Shown one piece after another: positions 21,669 to 30,701 of a DNA stretch of 64,000 nt. Source of the DNA: Bacteroidales bacterium. GTDB taxonomy: Bacteria; Bacteroidota; Bacteroidia; Bacteroidales; B39-G9. The notes beneath the pieces are model-generated. The model was not told where the DNA came from. It made no database searches and was given only the letters and a program-made list of their open reading frames with translations. The DNA is taken from assembly GCA_023133485.1 (NCBI GenBank), contig JAGLWK010000071.1, positions 2,181 through 66,180 of the forward strand. Reading direction: 5' to 3'. Position 1 is the stretch's first letter; every line of letters starts with the position of its first letter. A program made the translations under genes and the position numbers.

Positions 21669-22268
21669 ATGAAAAAATATTTTATAATAATTTGTCTGTT
21701 GTTGTTTTCAACAACTTCTTTTTCTCAGATTTTTAACGGAGGTGGATATATAGGCTTCTCAGTATCGCAAGTTGATGGAGATTCGCTTGGCGGATATAAC
21801 AAATCAGGATTTGTTGCCGGAGGGTTTGTAAATACTGAAATAAAAGAAAATTTACACTTCCAGTTTGAATTCAAATGGATACAAAAAGGCAGTAAAACAG
21901 ATAAAAAAATTGAAACGAGTGAAGATTATTATGAACTTCAGTTTAATTATATTGAAATGCCCTTTTTAATCAAATATTATTATAAAGAAAAAATAATCTT
22001 TGAAACGGGATTGGCTGAAGGCTATCTTTTTAAAGCACAGGAAGATACAGATGGCTACGGGTTTCGGGAGCCGGGTTTTACTTATAAAAAATTAGAAACA
22101 AGTTTTTTGGCAGGAATAAGTTATATGTTATTAAATAATTTATTTGTTAATGCAAGATTAAATTATTCTATAATTCCAATTACAAATCAAACTGCAGGAG
22201 GAAGGGGCTGGATAAAAAAAGGGCAATTTAATAATGTCCTAAGTTTTACTGTTTATTACCAGTTATAA
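21669..22268 (+). CDS. small outer-membrane beta-barrel (porin-family) protein
   Basis: Signal peptide, alternating beta-strand pattern, and a C-terminal aromatic-rich end (SFTVYYQL). Confidence 0.6.
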   Translation: MKKYFIIICLLLFSTTSFSQIFNGGGYIGFSVSQVDGDSLGGYNKSGFVAGGFVNTEIKENLHFQFEFKWIQKGSKTDKKIETSEDYYELQFNYIEMPFLIKYYYKEKIIFETGLAEGYLFKAQEDTDGYGFREPGFTYKKLETSFLAGISYMLLNNLFVNARLNYSIIPITNQTAGGRGWIKKGQFNNVLSFTVYYQL

Positions 22269-22272
22269 AAAA

Positions 22273-22338
22273 AGTAAAGCTATTTTAGGACGATATAAGT
22301 TTTGTTCAATTTTGTAATAATCTTATGAATTAATCGGG
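22273..22338 (+). repeat. degenerate remnant of the MITE seen at 38731-38912 and 45249-45410
   Basis: Contains AGTAAAGCT, TAAGTTTTG and CTTATGAATTAATCGGG in the same order as in the full element. The last 15 nt are identical to the element terminus. Confidence 0.5.
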
Positions 22339-22348
22339 ACAAATACTT

Positions 22349-22356
22349 TATCTTTG
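22349..22356 (+). promoter_or_regulatory. candidate -7 box (TATCTTTG) for the PIN TA operon
   Basis: Exact TAnnTTTG match 14 nt upstream of the ATG at 22371. Confidence 0.35.
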
Positions 22357-22370
22357 TAAAAAATAAAAAT

Positions 22371-22601
22371 ATGACTACTTTACAAATTAATGTACAAGAC
22401 GATTTAATAAATCTTTTTGGCACGCAAGCAATAAAGCAATTCATTGAAGAAGAACTTGCTTACAAAAAATTTAGATTATTAGAAATAGAATTAAACAAAG
22501 TTCTTTCGCAAGCTAAAGATGTAAATTGGGAACAAGAATTTGAAAATGCAAGGCAAAAAGCATTTGAAGAATATCAAAAAATAAGTAAAAGAAAGTTATG
22601 A
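22371..22601 (+). CDS. putative antitoxin of the PIN module
   Basis: 76 aa, and its stop overlaps the PIN start by 4 nt (ATGA). The call rests on this gene arrangement only. Confidence 0.5.
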   Translation: MTTLQINVQDDLINLFGTQAIKQFIEEELAYKKFRLLEIELNKVLSQAKDVNWEQEFENARQKAFEEYQKISKRKL

Positions 22602-23053
22602 AGAGTTATGTAATTGATGTTAACGTTTTATTCAGCGGTGTTTTAAGCCAAAAAGAAATTTATAGAATTATGTTTTCTAATAATACCTTTTACACACCCG
22701 ACTTTGCCTTGATTGAATTAAATAAGTACAGGGAAGTAATTTTAAAGAAAACAAAATTAGAAGTTAAAAAATTGCATGACTTTACTCTTTACCTTTTTTC
22801 TAAAATTATTGTTGTACCTGATTACATTATTTCAGAAAAGGCATATAAAAAGGCTGAAAAACTTTGTAAAAATATTGACATTAAAGATGTTGTTTATGTT
22901 GCTCTTAATGAAGAATTAGGATTAGAATTACTAACAAGAGACAAAGTACTCAGAAACGGATTAATAAACCAAGGATATACAAAAATCCTGTTGTTTAATG
23001 ATTTCATTAATGAAATATTAAAAAACGAAAGAGAAAATAAAACAATGCTCTAA
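22598..23053 (+). CDS. PIN-domain putative toxin
   Basis: N-terminal YVIDVNVL with an acidic residue and a C-terminal LLTRDKVL motif, in a protein of about 150 aa. Confidence 0.6.
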   Translation: MKSYVIDVNVLFSGVLSQKEIYRIMFSNNTFYTPDFALIELNKYREVILKKTKLEVKKLHDFTLYLFSKIIVVPDYIISEKAYKKAEKLCKNIDIKDVVYVALNEELGLELLTRDKVLRNGLINQGYTKILLFNDFINEILKNERENKTML

Positions 23054-23076
23054 CAATAAACCACCACCCGGCTAAG

Positions 23077-23101
23077 CGGAATTTGTAATTCCGTTTTTTT
23101 A
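23077..23101 (+). terminator. rho-independent terminator
   Basis: CGGAAT-ttgta-ATTCCG hairpin followed by a run of 8 T, 24 nt after the PIN stop. Confidence 0.6.
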
Positions 23102-23286
23102 TTCAACAAGGCAGGAACAATTTTTTTTGAAAAATACCTTTTATAAATTCTTCTCTGTATTTTTTGTATATTTGTATATAAATAATTTCTGAACAAAAAC
23201 TTCTAATTTGTAAGAAATTGTTATATTGATATTAATTTCTTTTTTAAAGATTTGAGAAAAAAGAAGAAAATAAATATATTATACTA

Positions 23287-23637
23287 TTGGAAAATACATA
23301 CATAAAACAACTTACAGAAAGTTTGAAAATAATAAATCCTTATATGGTTTTGTTATTTGGTTCGTATGCCTATGGCACACCGCATAAAGATAGTGATATA
23401 GATTTATTGGTAGTTACCAATGATGATTTTATGCCAAAAAATTTTGAAGAACGAACAAAAATATATTTATCGGTAAGTAAGCTGTTACGTACAACAAAAA
23501 GGGAAATATCAATTGATTTAATTGTGCATACTCTGCCTATGTACAAAAAGTTTATTAAGCAAAACAGTTTGTTTGCACATGAAATAACTACAAAAGGAAA
23601 AATAATATATGAAAGAGATAACAAAGGAGTGGCTTAA
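23287..23637 (+). CDS. nucleotidyltransferase (MNT-type antitoxin of an HEPN/MNT pair)
   Basis: Has LFGSYAYGTPHKDSDIDLLVV (the GS...DxD polbeta-NTase motif). Only a TTG start is available. Confidence 0.7.
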   Translation: MENTYIKQLTESLKIINPYMVLLFGSYAYGTPHKDSDIDLLVVTNDDFMPKNFEERTKIYLSVSKLLRTTKREISIDLIVHTLPMYKKFIKQNSLFAHEITTKGKIIYERDNKGVA

Positions 23638-23998
23638 TTTTGCCAAAGCTGACATAATGAGTTGCAAAAACAATCTTCATGATGATTTTTTAACAAATAT
23701 AGTTGCCTTTCATGCACAGCAAACAGTAGAAAAATGTTTTAAAGCAATCGTCGAAGAAAATAGTTTGAAATTCCAACATGTACACAGCTTGTTTAAACTA
23801 CATTCAATAATAGCAAATTACTTGTCATTTAAAGTCGATTTAGACCAACTTGAAATATTAGACAGTATCTACACAAGTTCACGTTATCCGGGTGAGATTG
23901 GACTAATTGCAAACGGAAAACCAAGCACTGCACAAGTACAAGAAATGTACGAATTTGCAAAACAGATATATGAAAATATATTGCAAACTATCAAATAA
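23609..23998 (+). CDS. HEPN-domain protein (toxin of an HEPN/MNT pair)
   Basis: Helical protein of 129 aa with FHAQQTVEKCFKA and SSRYPG motifs. Overlaps the MNT gene by 29 nt. Confidence 0.7.
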   Translation: MKEITKEWLNFAKADIMSCKNNLHDDFLTNIVAFHAQQTVEKCFKAIVEENSLKFQHVHSLFKLHSIIANYLSFKVDLDQLEILDSIYTSSRYPGEIGLIANGKPSTAQVQEMYEFAKQIYENILQTIK

Positions 23999-24146
23999 TA
24001 AATAATTTTTAATCAAATAATCAGCTGACCGTCAAATAACCATTAATGCATCAAACTCATCCTTATTTGAGCAAAAACATTAACAAGGATGAAAAGGCAA
24101 AAACGTTTGTCTATTTTATTGTTTCCTGTCTAAAACCCTACTCAAC

Positions 24147-24179
24147 AAATCTGCCAGATTTTTAAAATCTGGCAGATTT
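24147..24179. terminator. 33-bp near-perfect palindrome (bidirectional terminator or operator candidate)
   Basis: AAATCTGCCAGATTTT t AAAATCTGGCAGATTT. It lies 149 nt after the HEPN stop and 78 nt before the metH ATG. Confidence 0.4.
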
Positions 24180-24207
24180 ATTATACTGATTTACAATATA
24201 TAAATAT

Positions 24208-24215
24208 TACTTTTG
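24208..24215 (+). promoter_or_regulatory. candidate -7 box (TACTTTTG) for metH
   Basis: Exact TAnnTTTG match 41 nt upstream of the ATG at 24257. Confidence 0.3.
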
Positions 24216-24256
24216 TGATTAATTATTACAATAACTATTTATTTTAAAATATAACA

Positions 24257-27200
24257 ATGATAATAAAACCAGATATTTATAAAGAGCTTAAAAACAGGGT
24301 TTTGGTTCTCGACGGGGCAATGGGAACAATGATACAAAAATACCAGTTAACCGAAGAAAAATATCGTGGAAAACAATTTACTGACTGGGAAAAGGACTTA
24401 AAAGGCAATAACGACCTTTTATCTCTGACACAAGCTCATATTATTAAAGAAATTCATGAAAAATACTTGCAGGCAGGTGCAGATATTATTGAAACAAACA
24501 CATTTAATGCAAATAAAATTTCGATGGCAGATTATAAAATGGAAAAATTTGTTTGTGATTTAAACCATACATCTGTTAAGCTTGCAAGAGAAGTTGCTGA
24601 TAAATATACAAAGCTTAATCCTGAAAAACCAAGATTTGTGGCAGGTTCAATGGGACCAACAAATAAATCAGCTTCAATGTCACCAAATGTTAATGACCCA
24701 TCTGCAAGAGCTGTAACTTTCGATGATTTAGCTGAAGCATACGCAGAACAAGCAAGGGCACTAATAAAAGGCGGCGTGGATATGTTACTTGTTGAAACTG
24801 TTTTTGATACTCTTAATGCCAAAGCTGCATTATTTGCGATAAAACAGATTGAGAAAGAAACAGGAAAAAAAACACCAATTATGTTATCTGTAACAGTTGC
24901 TGACATAAGCGGACGAACACTTTCGGGACAAACAATAAAAGCTTTTCTAAATTCTGTTTCGTATATTGATTTGTTAAGTGTGGGTGTTAATTGTTCGTTT
25001 GGTGCTGATGGATTGCGTCCGTATGTTGAAGAAATGTCAAATAATGCTTCTTTTTATGTAAGTGCTTATCCTAATGCAGGATTACCAAATCAATTCGGCG
25101 ATTATGATGAAACACCTGAACAAATGTTCAAAATTGTCAAATCGTATTTAGATGACAAACTTGTAAATATTATTGGAGGATGCTGTGGCACAACCGACAA
25201 ACATATTAAGCTGTTTGCTGATTATGCCAACGAAATACAAGCAAGAAAAATTCCTTCTGTTGTTCATAAAACCAAGTTATCCGGTTTGGAAGAACTAACT
25301 GTAAGTAAAGAAAATAATTTTGTTAATATCGGAGAAAGAGCTAATGTTGCAGGTTCAAAAAAATTTGCCCGACTAATTAAGGAAAAAAAATACGAAGAAG
25401 CAATTTCAATTGTCAGAAAACAAGTTGAAGTCGGAGCACAAATAACAGATGTTAACATGGATGATGCAATGCTTGATTCAGAATTTGAAATGGTTAATTT
25501 TCTGAACCTGATTGCTTCAGAACCTGATATAGCAAAACTACCTGTAATGATAGACTCTTCAAAATGGAGTGTTATAGAAAATGGACTAAAATGCCTTCAG
25601 GGAAAAGGAATAGTAAATTCAATAAGCCTGAAAGAAGGGGTTGAGATTTTCAAAGAAAGAGCCGAAAAAATTATCAATTACGGAGCAGCAATTATGGTTA
25701 TGGCTTTTGATGAAAAAGGTCAGGCAAATACATTCAAAAGACGAATTGAAATATGTGAAAGAGCTTATAATATTCTTGTTAACGAAGTCGGATGTCGTCC
25801 TGAAAATATAATTTTTGACCCTAATGTATTGACTATCGGTACTGGTATTGAAGAACATAATAATTTTGCAGTTGATTTCATAAAAACTGTAAAATGGATA
25901 AAAAAGAATTTGCCCCTTGCAAAAGTCAGCGGAGGAATAAGCAATCTTTCGTTTGCTTTTCGTGGTAATAATATTGTCCGTGAAGCTATGCATTCTGTGT
26001 TTTTATATCATACCATAAAAGCGGGACTTGATATGGGTATTGTAAATGCCGGAATGTTACAGATTTATGATGATATTCCAAAAGACTTGTTAGAATTAGT
26101 TGAAGATATTGTCCTTAACAAGAGAAATGATGCAACTGAAAGGCTTGTTGATTTTTCTCAAAATATTAAAGAAAGTGGTAAAAGAAAAGAAAAAACAGAT
26201 AAATGGAGAGAACAACCGGTTGGGGAAAGACTACAATATTCTTTAATAAAAGGAATTGTTGATTATTTGGACGATGATGTAAATGAAGCATTAAAAATAT
26301 ATCCAAAAGCTCTTGAGATTATCGAAAAACCATTAATGGACGGCATGAACAAGGTCGGTAAATTATTCGGAGAAGGAAAAATGTTCCTTCCGCAGATAGT
26401 GAAAAGTGCAAGAGTTATGAAAAAAGCAGTTTCAATATTGCTTCCTCAAATAGAAGAAGAAAAGAAAACCGCCGGCACCTCTTCTCACACAGGAAAAATT
26501 CTTTTGGCAACTGTAAAAGGAGATGTTCATGATATTGGTAAAAATATTGTTGAAGTAATTTTGTCATGTAACAATTATGAAATAATAGACATAGGAGAAA
26601 TGGTTCCTGCCGACATAATAATAAAAAAAGCAAAAGAAAAAAATGTTGATATTATTGGATTAAGTGGTTTAATTACTCCTTCATTGGATGAAATGGTTAA
26701 TGTTGCCAAAGAAATGCAAAAAGAAGGAATGAAAATACCATTAATACTCGGAGGAGCAACAACTTCATCTGTTCACACTGCTGTTAAAATTGACCCTTTT
26801 TATGATGGACCTGTTATTCAGGTTAAAGATGCTTCACAAAGTGTATCAATTGTAAATTCTCTTTTTTCTGATACAAAAAAGAAAGAATTATTATCAGAAA
26901 TAAATGACAAATATAAATTCTATAGAGATAAACATTCTGAAAAATCTGCTGAAAATAATTTAATATCATTAAGTGAAGCAAGAAATAATAAATCTAATTA
27001 TAACTGGGAAAAAATTGTTGCCCATGAGCCAAACGTGCTGGGTGTTAGGGCTTTAAAAGATTATGATATTAAAGAAATATCACAATATATAGACTGGACA
27101 TCTTTTTTCCATGTATGGGATTTAAAAGGGAAATATCCTGAAATTCTCAAACATCCAAAGTATGGCAATGAAGCTAAAAAAATATTTAATGATGCAAAAA

Positions 27201-27925
27201 ATCTTTTAAAAAAGATAATAGATGAAAATATAATTTCTGCTAATGGGGTATTTGGAATATTCCCTGCTAATTCAAACAATGACGATATTGAAGTATATTC
27301 TGACAAAAGCAGGGAAAAAATTATTGCAGTTTTACATCATTTAAGACAACAAACAAACAAAACAGATGTTAATTATTGTCTTTCTGATTTTATTGCACCA
27401 AAAGAAAGCGGAAAAAATGATTATATTGGGGCTTTTGCTGTTACTTCGGGAATAAATTCGGAAAAAGTAATAGCGAAATTCAACAAAAAAAATGATGATT
27501 ATAATATTATTTTGTTTAAAGCTGTTTTAGACAGATTAGCCGAGGCTTTTGCCGAATTATTACATTTAAAAATCAGGAAAGAATACTGGGGTTTTGCAAA
27601 AAATGAAAAATTAAATTTGAACGATTTAATAAATTTTAAATATCAAGGTATTCGCGCTGCAGCAGGATATCCATCATATCCCGACCATTCGGAAAAAGAA
27701 AACATTTTCAAATTATTGAACGTAGAAAAAAATACCGGCATATCATTAACTGAAAATTTTGCCATGAAACCTGTTTCGTCAACTTGTGGTTTATGTTTTT
27801 CTTTACAGGATGCTAAATATTTTTCTGTTGGGAAAGTTTCAGACGAACAATTATCTGATTATTCAAAAAGAAAATCATTAGATGTTGAGTTAGTAAAAAA
27901 ATATTTATCAATAAAAACTGAATAA
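24257..27925 (+). CDS. metH: cobalamin-dependent methionine synthase
   Basis: 1222 aa with all modules present: Hcy-binding (GGCCGTT), pterin-binding, B12-binding (DVHDIGKNIV) and the AdoMet activation domain. Confidence 0.95.
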   Translation: MIIKPDIYKELKNRVLVLDGAMGTMIQKYQLTEEKYRGKQFTDWEKDLKGNNDLLSLTQAHIIKEIHEKYLQAGADIIETNTFNANKISMADYKMEKFVCDLNHTSVKLAREVADKYTKLNPEKPRFVAGSMGPTNKSASMSPNVNDPSARAVTFDDLAEAYAEQARALIKGGVDMLLVETVFDTLNAKAALFAIKQIEKETGKKTPIMLSVTVADISGRTLSGQTIKAFLNSVSYIDLLSVGVNCSFGADGLRPYVEEMSNNASFYVSAYPNAGLPNQFGDYDETPEQMFKIVKSYLDDKLVNIIGGCCGTTDKHIKLFADYANEIQARKIPSVVHKTKLSGLEELTVSKENNFVNIGERANVAGSKKFARLIKEKKYEEAISIVRKQVEVGAQITDVNMDDAMLDSEFEMVNFLNLIASEPDIAKLPVMIDSSKWSVIENGLKCLQGKGIVNSISLKEGVEIFKERAEKIINYGAAIMVMAFDEKGQANTFKRRIEICERAYNILVNEVGCRPENIIFDPNVLTIGTGIEEHNNFAVDFIKTVKWIKKNLPLAKVSGGISNLSFAFRGNNIVREAMHSVFLYHTIKAGLDMGIVNAGMLQIYDDIPKDLLELVEDIVLNKRNDATERLVDFSQNIKESGKRKEKTDKWREQPVGERLQYSLIKGIVDYLDDDVNEALKIYPKALEIIEKPLMDGMNKVGKLFGEGKMFLPQIVKSARVMKKAVSILLPQIEEEKKTAGTSSHTGKILLATVKGDVHDIGKNIVEVILSCNNYEIIDIGEMVPADIIIKKAKEKNVDIIGLSGLITPSLDEMVNVAKEMQKEGMKIPLILGGATTSSVHTAVKIDPFYDGPVIQVKDASQSVSIVNSLFSDTKKKELLSEINDKYKFYRDKHSEKSAENNLISLSEARNNKSNYNWEKIVAHEPNVLGVRALKDYDIKEISQYIDWTSFFHVWDLKGKYPEILKHPKYGNEAKKIFNDAKNLLKKIIDENIISANGVFGIFPANSNNDDIEVYSDKSREKIIAVLHHLRQQTNKTDVNYCLSDFIAPKESGKNDYIGAFAVTSGINSEKVIAKFNKKNDDYNIILFKAVLDRLAEAFAELLHLKIRKEYWGFAKNEKLNLNDLINFKYQGIRAAAGYPSYPDHSEKENIFKLLNVEKNTGISLTENFAMKPVSSTCGLCFSLQDAKYFSVGKVSDEQLSDYSKRKSLDVELVKKYLSIKTE

Positions 27926-28051
27926 ATTAATAATAATATATTTGAATTTTTATTTAATTTGTGGCTTTTATGATTTTTATAATGTGTTTTTATTATAAAA
28001 AATTTTTAATTATGATAGTTGTTTATAAGTTGAACCAAAAAAAAATGAAAA

Positions 28052-28684
28052 ATGAAAAAATTAATAGTAATTCTAATATGTTGTAGTACAGCATTATTCG
28101 TTCAGGCACAAAAGAAAGCGGTAACTGAAACAGGAGATGAAGTAATTCTTTATGATGATGGTACATGGAAATATGTAAATGACACCGATATAGAAAACAA
28201 TGAAATACCGACTAATTCAAAAAAGTTCGAGAAGAGTGACAATTCTACATTCTTGCTAAAGAGTACAAAACTGGATGTTGGGGTTTGGCTAGACACAAAG
28301 AAATGGTCCTTTAAGAAAGCTGGTGACAATCCAGAAGCAGAATATGAACTTAAATTGAAAATTGGCGATTTATATGGAATGATTATTTCTGAAAAAATTG
28401 AAATTCCATTGAAATCATTGAAAGGAATTGCATTAGAGAACGGTAAAACTGCAGCTCCAGATTTACATATCGTAAAAGAAGAATATAGAAACGTAAATGG
28501 ATTGACAATCCTTTTATTACAAATGAATGGAACTATGCAAGGAATTAAATTTTCCTATTATGGTTACTATTTCTCGAATTCAAATGGAACAGTTCAATTT
28601 ATTACATATACCTCTCAGAATCTGTTAGATGAATACAAAAATGACTGTGAAGAACTTTTAAATGGTCTCGTTGAAATAAAATAA
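28052..28684 (+). CDS. hypothetical secreted protein
   Basis: Signal peptide MKKLIVILICCSTALFVQAQ. No family recognised. Confidence 0.5.
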   Translation: MKKLIVILICCSTALFVQAQKKAVTETGDEVILYDDGTWKYVNDTDIENNEIPTNSKKFEKSDNSTFLLKSTKLDVGVWLDTKKWSFKKAGDNPEAEYELKLKIGDLYGMIISEKIEIPLKSLKGIALENGKTAAPDLHIVKEEYRNVNGLTILLLQMNGTMQGIKFSYYGYYFSNSNGTVQFITYTSQNLLDEYKNDCEELLNGLVEIK

Positions 28685-28858
28685 CCTATACACAACTATA
28701 AATATAAGGCATTTGGAAGGAAGTACCAATTTGAAAATATGTACAATTAAAGAAACATATAGCAATTTGATAGTGACGAGCGATGAAAAGCCAAACGCTC
28801 CATATTCAAACAGTTAAGCCTATTAACAAATTGCCTAATTTAATTAAATTATCTGCTG

Positions 28859-29812
28859 ATGAAAGTTATTGAACATATAAAAAACGCAAAAAAAACTCTT
28901 TTTTCATTAGAGTTATTACCTCCGTTAAAAGGCAAAGATGTCAGTACTATTTATGATATTATTGACCCGCTTATAGAGTTTGAACCTAAATTTATTAATG
29001 TTACTTCACACCGGGACGAGGTTGTATATAAAGATATGGGAAATGGGTTAATGAAAAAACAAGTTGTAAGAAAACGTCCGGGAACAGTGCCCGTTTCAGC
29101 AGCAATTTGGAACAAATATAAAATTACAGTAGTTCCCCACATTATTTGCAGCGGATTTAACAAAACAGAAACTGAATATGCCCTTATTGATTTGAATTTT
29201 CTTGGTTTAGATAATTTATTATTGCTGCGAGGCGACCCTTTAAAATCAGAAAGAATTTTTAAAGCAGAAGAAAACGGGCATCTTCATTCTCTTGACCTTA
29301 TCGGTCAGGTTAATGATTTGAATAAAGGAATTTATCTGGATAAACATATTGAAAATTCGGTAAATATGAATTTTTCGTTTGGTGTTGCTGGATATCCGGA
29401 AAAACATTCTGAGGCTCCAAACATGGAGGCAGACATATATTATTTAAAAAAGAAAGTTGAAAAAGGAGCTGAATATATTGTAACTCAAATGTTTTTTGAC
29501 AATCAGAAATATTATGATTTTGTTGATATATGTAGAAACAATGGAATTAATATACCAATAATTCCGGGAATTAAACCCCTTGTATTAAAAAATCAAATAA
29601 GTGTTTTATCACAGATATTTAAAATTGATATTCCTGAAGAATTTGCAAAAGATGTAAGAAAATGCAAAACAGATAAAGAAGCTAACGAATTAGGAATAGA
29701 ATGGTCAATTAAACAGTGTAAAGACCTGATAAAAAACAATGTTCCGGTTTTACATTTTTATACAATGGGGGCAGGTAAAAGTGTTAAAAGAATTGCAAAA
29801 GAGATATTTTAG
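28859..29812 (+). CDS. metF: methylenetetrahydrofolate reductase
   Basis: 317 aa with FSLELLPP, GYPEKH and TQMFFD motifs. Confidence 0.9.
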   Translation: MKVIEHIKNAKKTLFSLELLPPLKGKDVSTIYDIIDPLIEFEPKFINVTSHRDEVVYKDMGNGLMKKQVVRKRPGTVPVSAAIWNKYKITVVPHIICSGFNKTETEYALIDLNFLGLDNLLLLRGDPLKSERIFKAEENGHLHSLDLIGQVNDLNKGIYLDKHIENSVNMNFSFGVAGYPEKHSEAPNMEADIYYLKKKVEKGAEYIVTQMFFDNQKYYDFVDICRNNGINIPIIPGIKPLVLKNQISVLSQIFKIDIPEEFAKDVRKCKTDKEANELGIEWSIKQCKDLIKNNVPVLHFYTMGAGKSVKRIAKEIF

Positions 29813-30073
29813 AATTGTACACAAATAGATTAATTAGTACTTATCTATAAAGACAGTGTTTTTTGATTAATATACTGCAAATGGTTTGGAACTTGACTTT
29901 TTAGGTCGAGAATGTAATTGTAGCATGCCTGTAAATCAGCGACTTAGAAAGTCGCTTTCCAAAATCAAAAATTAAACTTATTACTTCTTTCAGGATAATG
30001 TCGTGTTAATGTCAGGTATTTGTAGTTGGATTGTTACCTTAAATATTATGATATTTGCATAAAATAATTTACT

Positions 30074-30613
30074 ATGACAACCGGACAATTAATAAAAGAA
30101 TTAAGACTAAAAAAAGGCATAACGCAAGAAGAACTTGCAGAAAAAACAGAGCTTAGTGTCAGAACTATTCAACGTATTGAAAATGGAGAAGTGGATCCCA
30201 GATCATTTACACTACAAGCAATAGCATCGGCATTGGATGTTGATTTTGGTGTATTAAATAATAGTACAGAATTTGAAAATAAAGCTCAAAAAGAGAGCAA
30301 AACATGGCTTCCTTTGTTACATATAAGCGGCTTGTTTATTTTGCTTTTCCCCCCTATCATCATCTGGATATGGAAAAAAGATAAAATTAAAAACATTAGA
30401 GAACATGCAATAGATGTTGTTAATTTTCAATTGAGTATGTTGATATTTATTATTCCTGCAAGTTTTTTGGTAATAATATTAATCGGACTTCCAATCGTAA
30501 TTTTCTTAGGAATGTTTAGTACAGTAGTTATTATTATAAATACTGCTAAAGTTGTTAATAACCAACCATATAAATATCCTTGGAGTATAAAAATTTTGAA
30601 GAAACATCCTTAA
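30074..30613 (+). CDS. membrane-tethered XRE-family HTH regulator (C-terminal DUF4870-like TM domain)
   Basis: N-terminal HTH (LRLKKGITQEELAEKTELSVRTIQRIENG) followed by 3 TM helices with an HAIDVVNFQLS motif. Confidence 0.7.
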   Translation: MTTGQLIKELRLKKGITQEELAEKTELSVRTIQRIENGEVDPRSFTLQAIASALDVDFGVLNNSTEFENKAQKESKTWLPLLHISGLFILLFPPIIIWIWKKDKIKNIREHAIDVVNFQLSMLIFIIPASFLVIILIGLPIVIFLGMFSTVVIIINTAKVVNNQPYKYPWSIKILKKHP

Positions 30614-30701
30614 TGTATTAGGATTTTTTCTTAGATGCATTAAATAAAGGAAACGGAAGAAGTCAAATTTTGAAATTATAAAAAAATTGACAGCAATAAA
30701 T

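Noticed and set aside
23999-24256. Possible SAM or cobalamin riboswitch upstream of metH, and likewise at 28685-28858 upstream of metF.
   Set aside because: I found no S-box core (…CUUAUCAAGAG…GGC…) and no B12-box-like element. Only a simple palindrome and AT-rich sequence are present. A covariance-model scan would be needed to exclude rarer classes.
29938-29956. The hairpin AGCGACTTagaAAGTCGCT shares CGACTTAG.AAAG with the MITE core.
   Set aside because: Only about 12 nt are similar, and there is no match to the MITE termini or to its other blocks. It is most likely an unrelated small hairpin downstream of metF.
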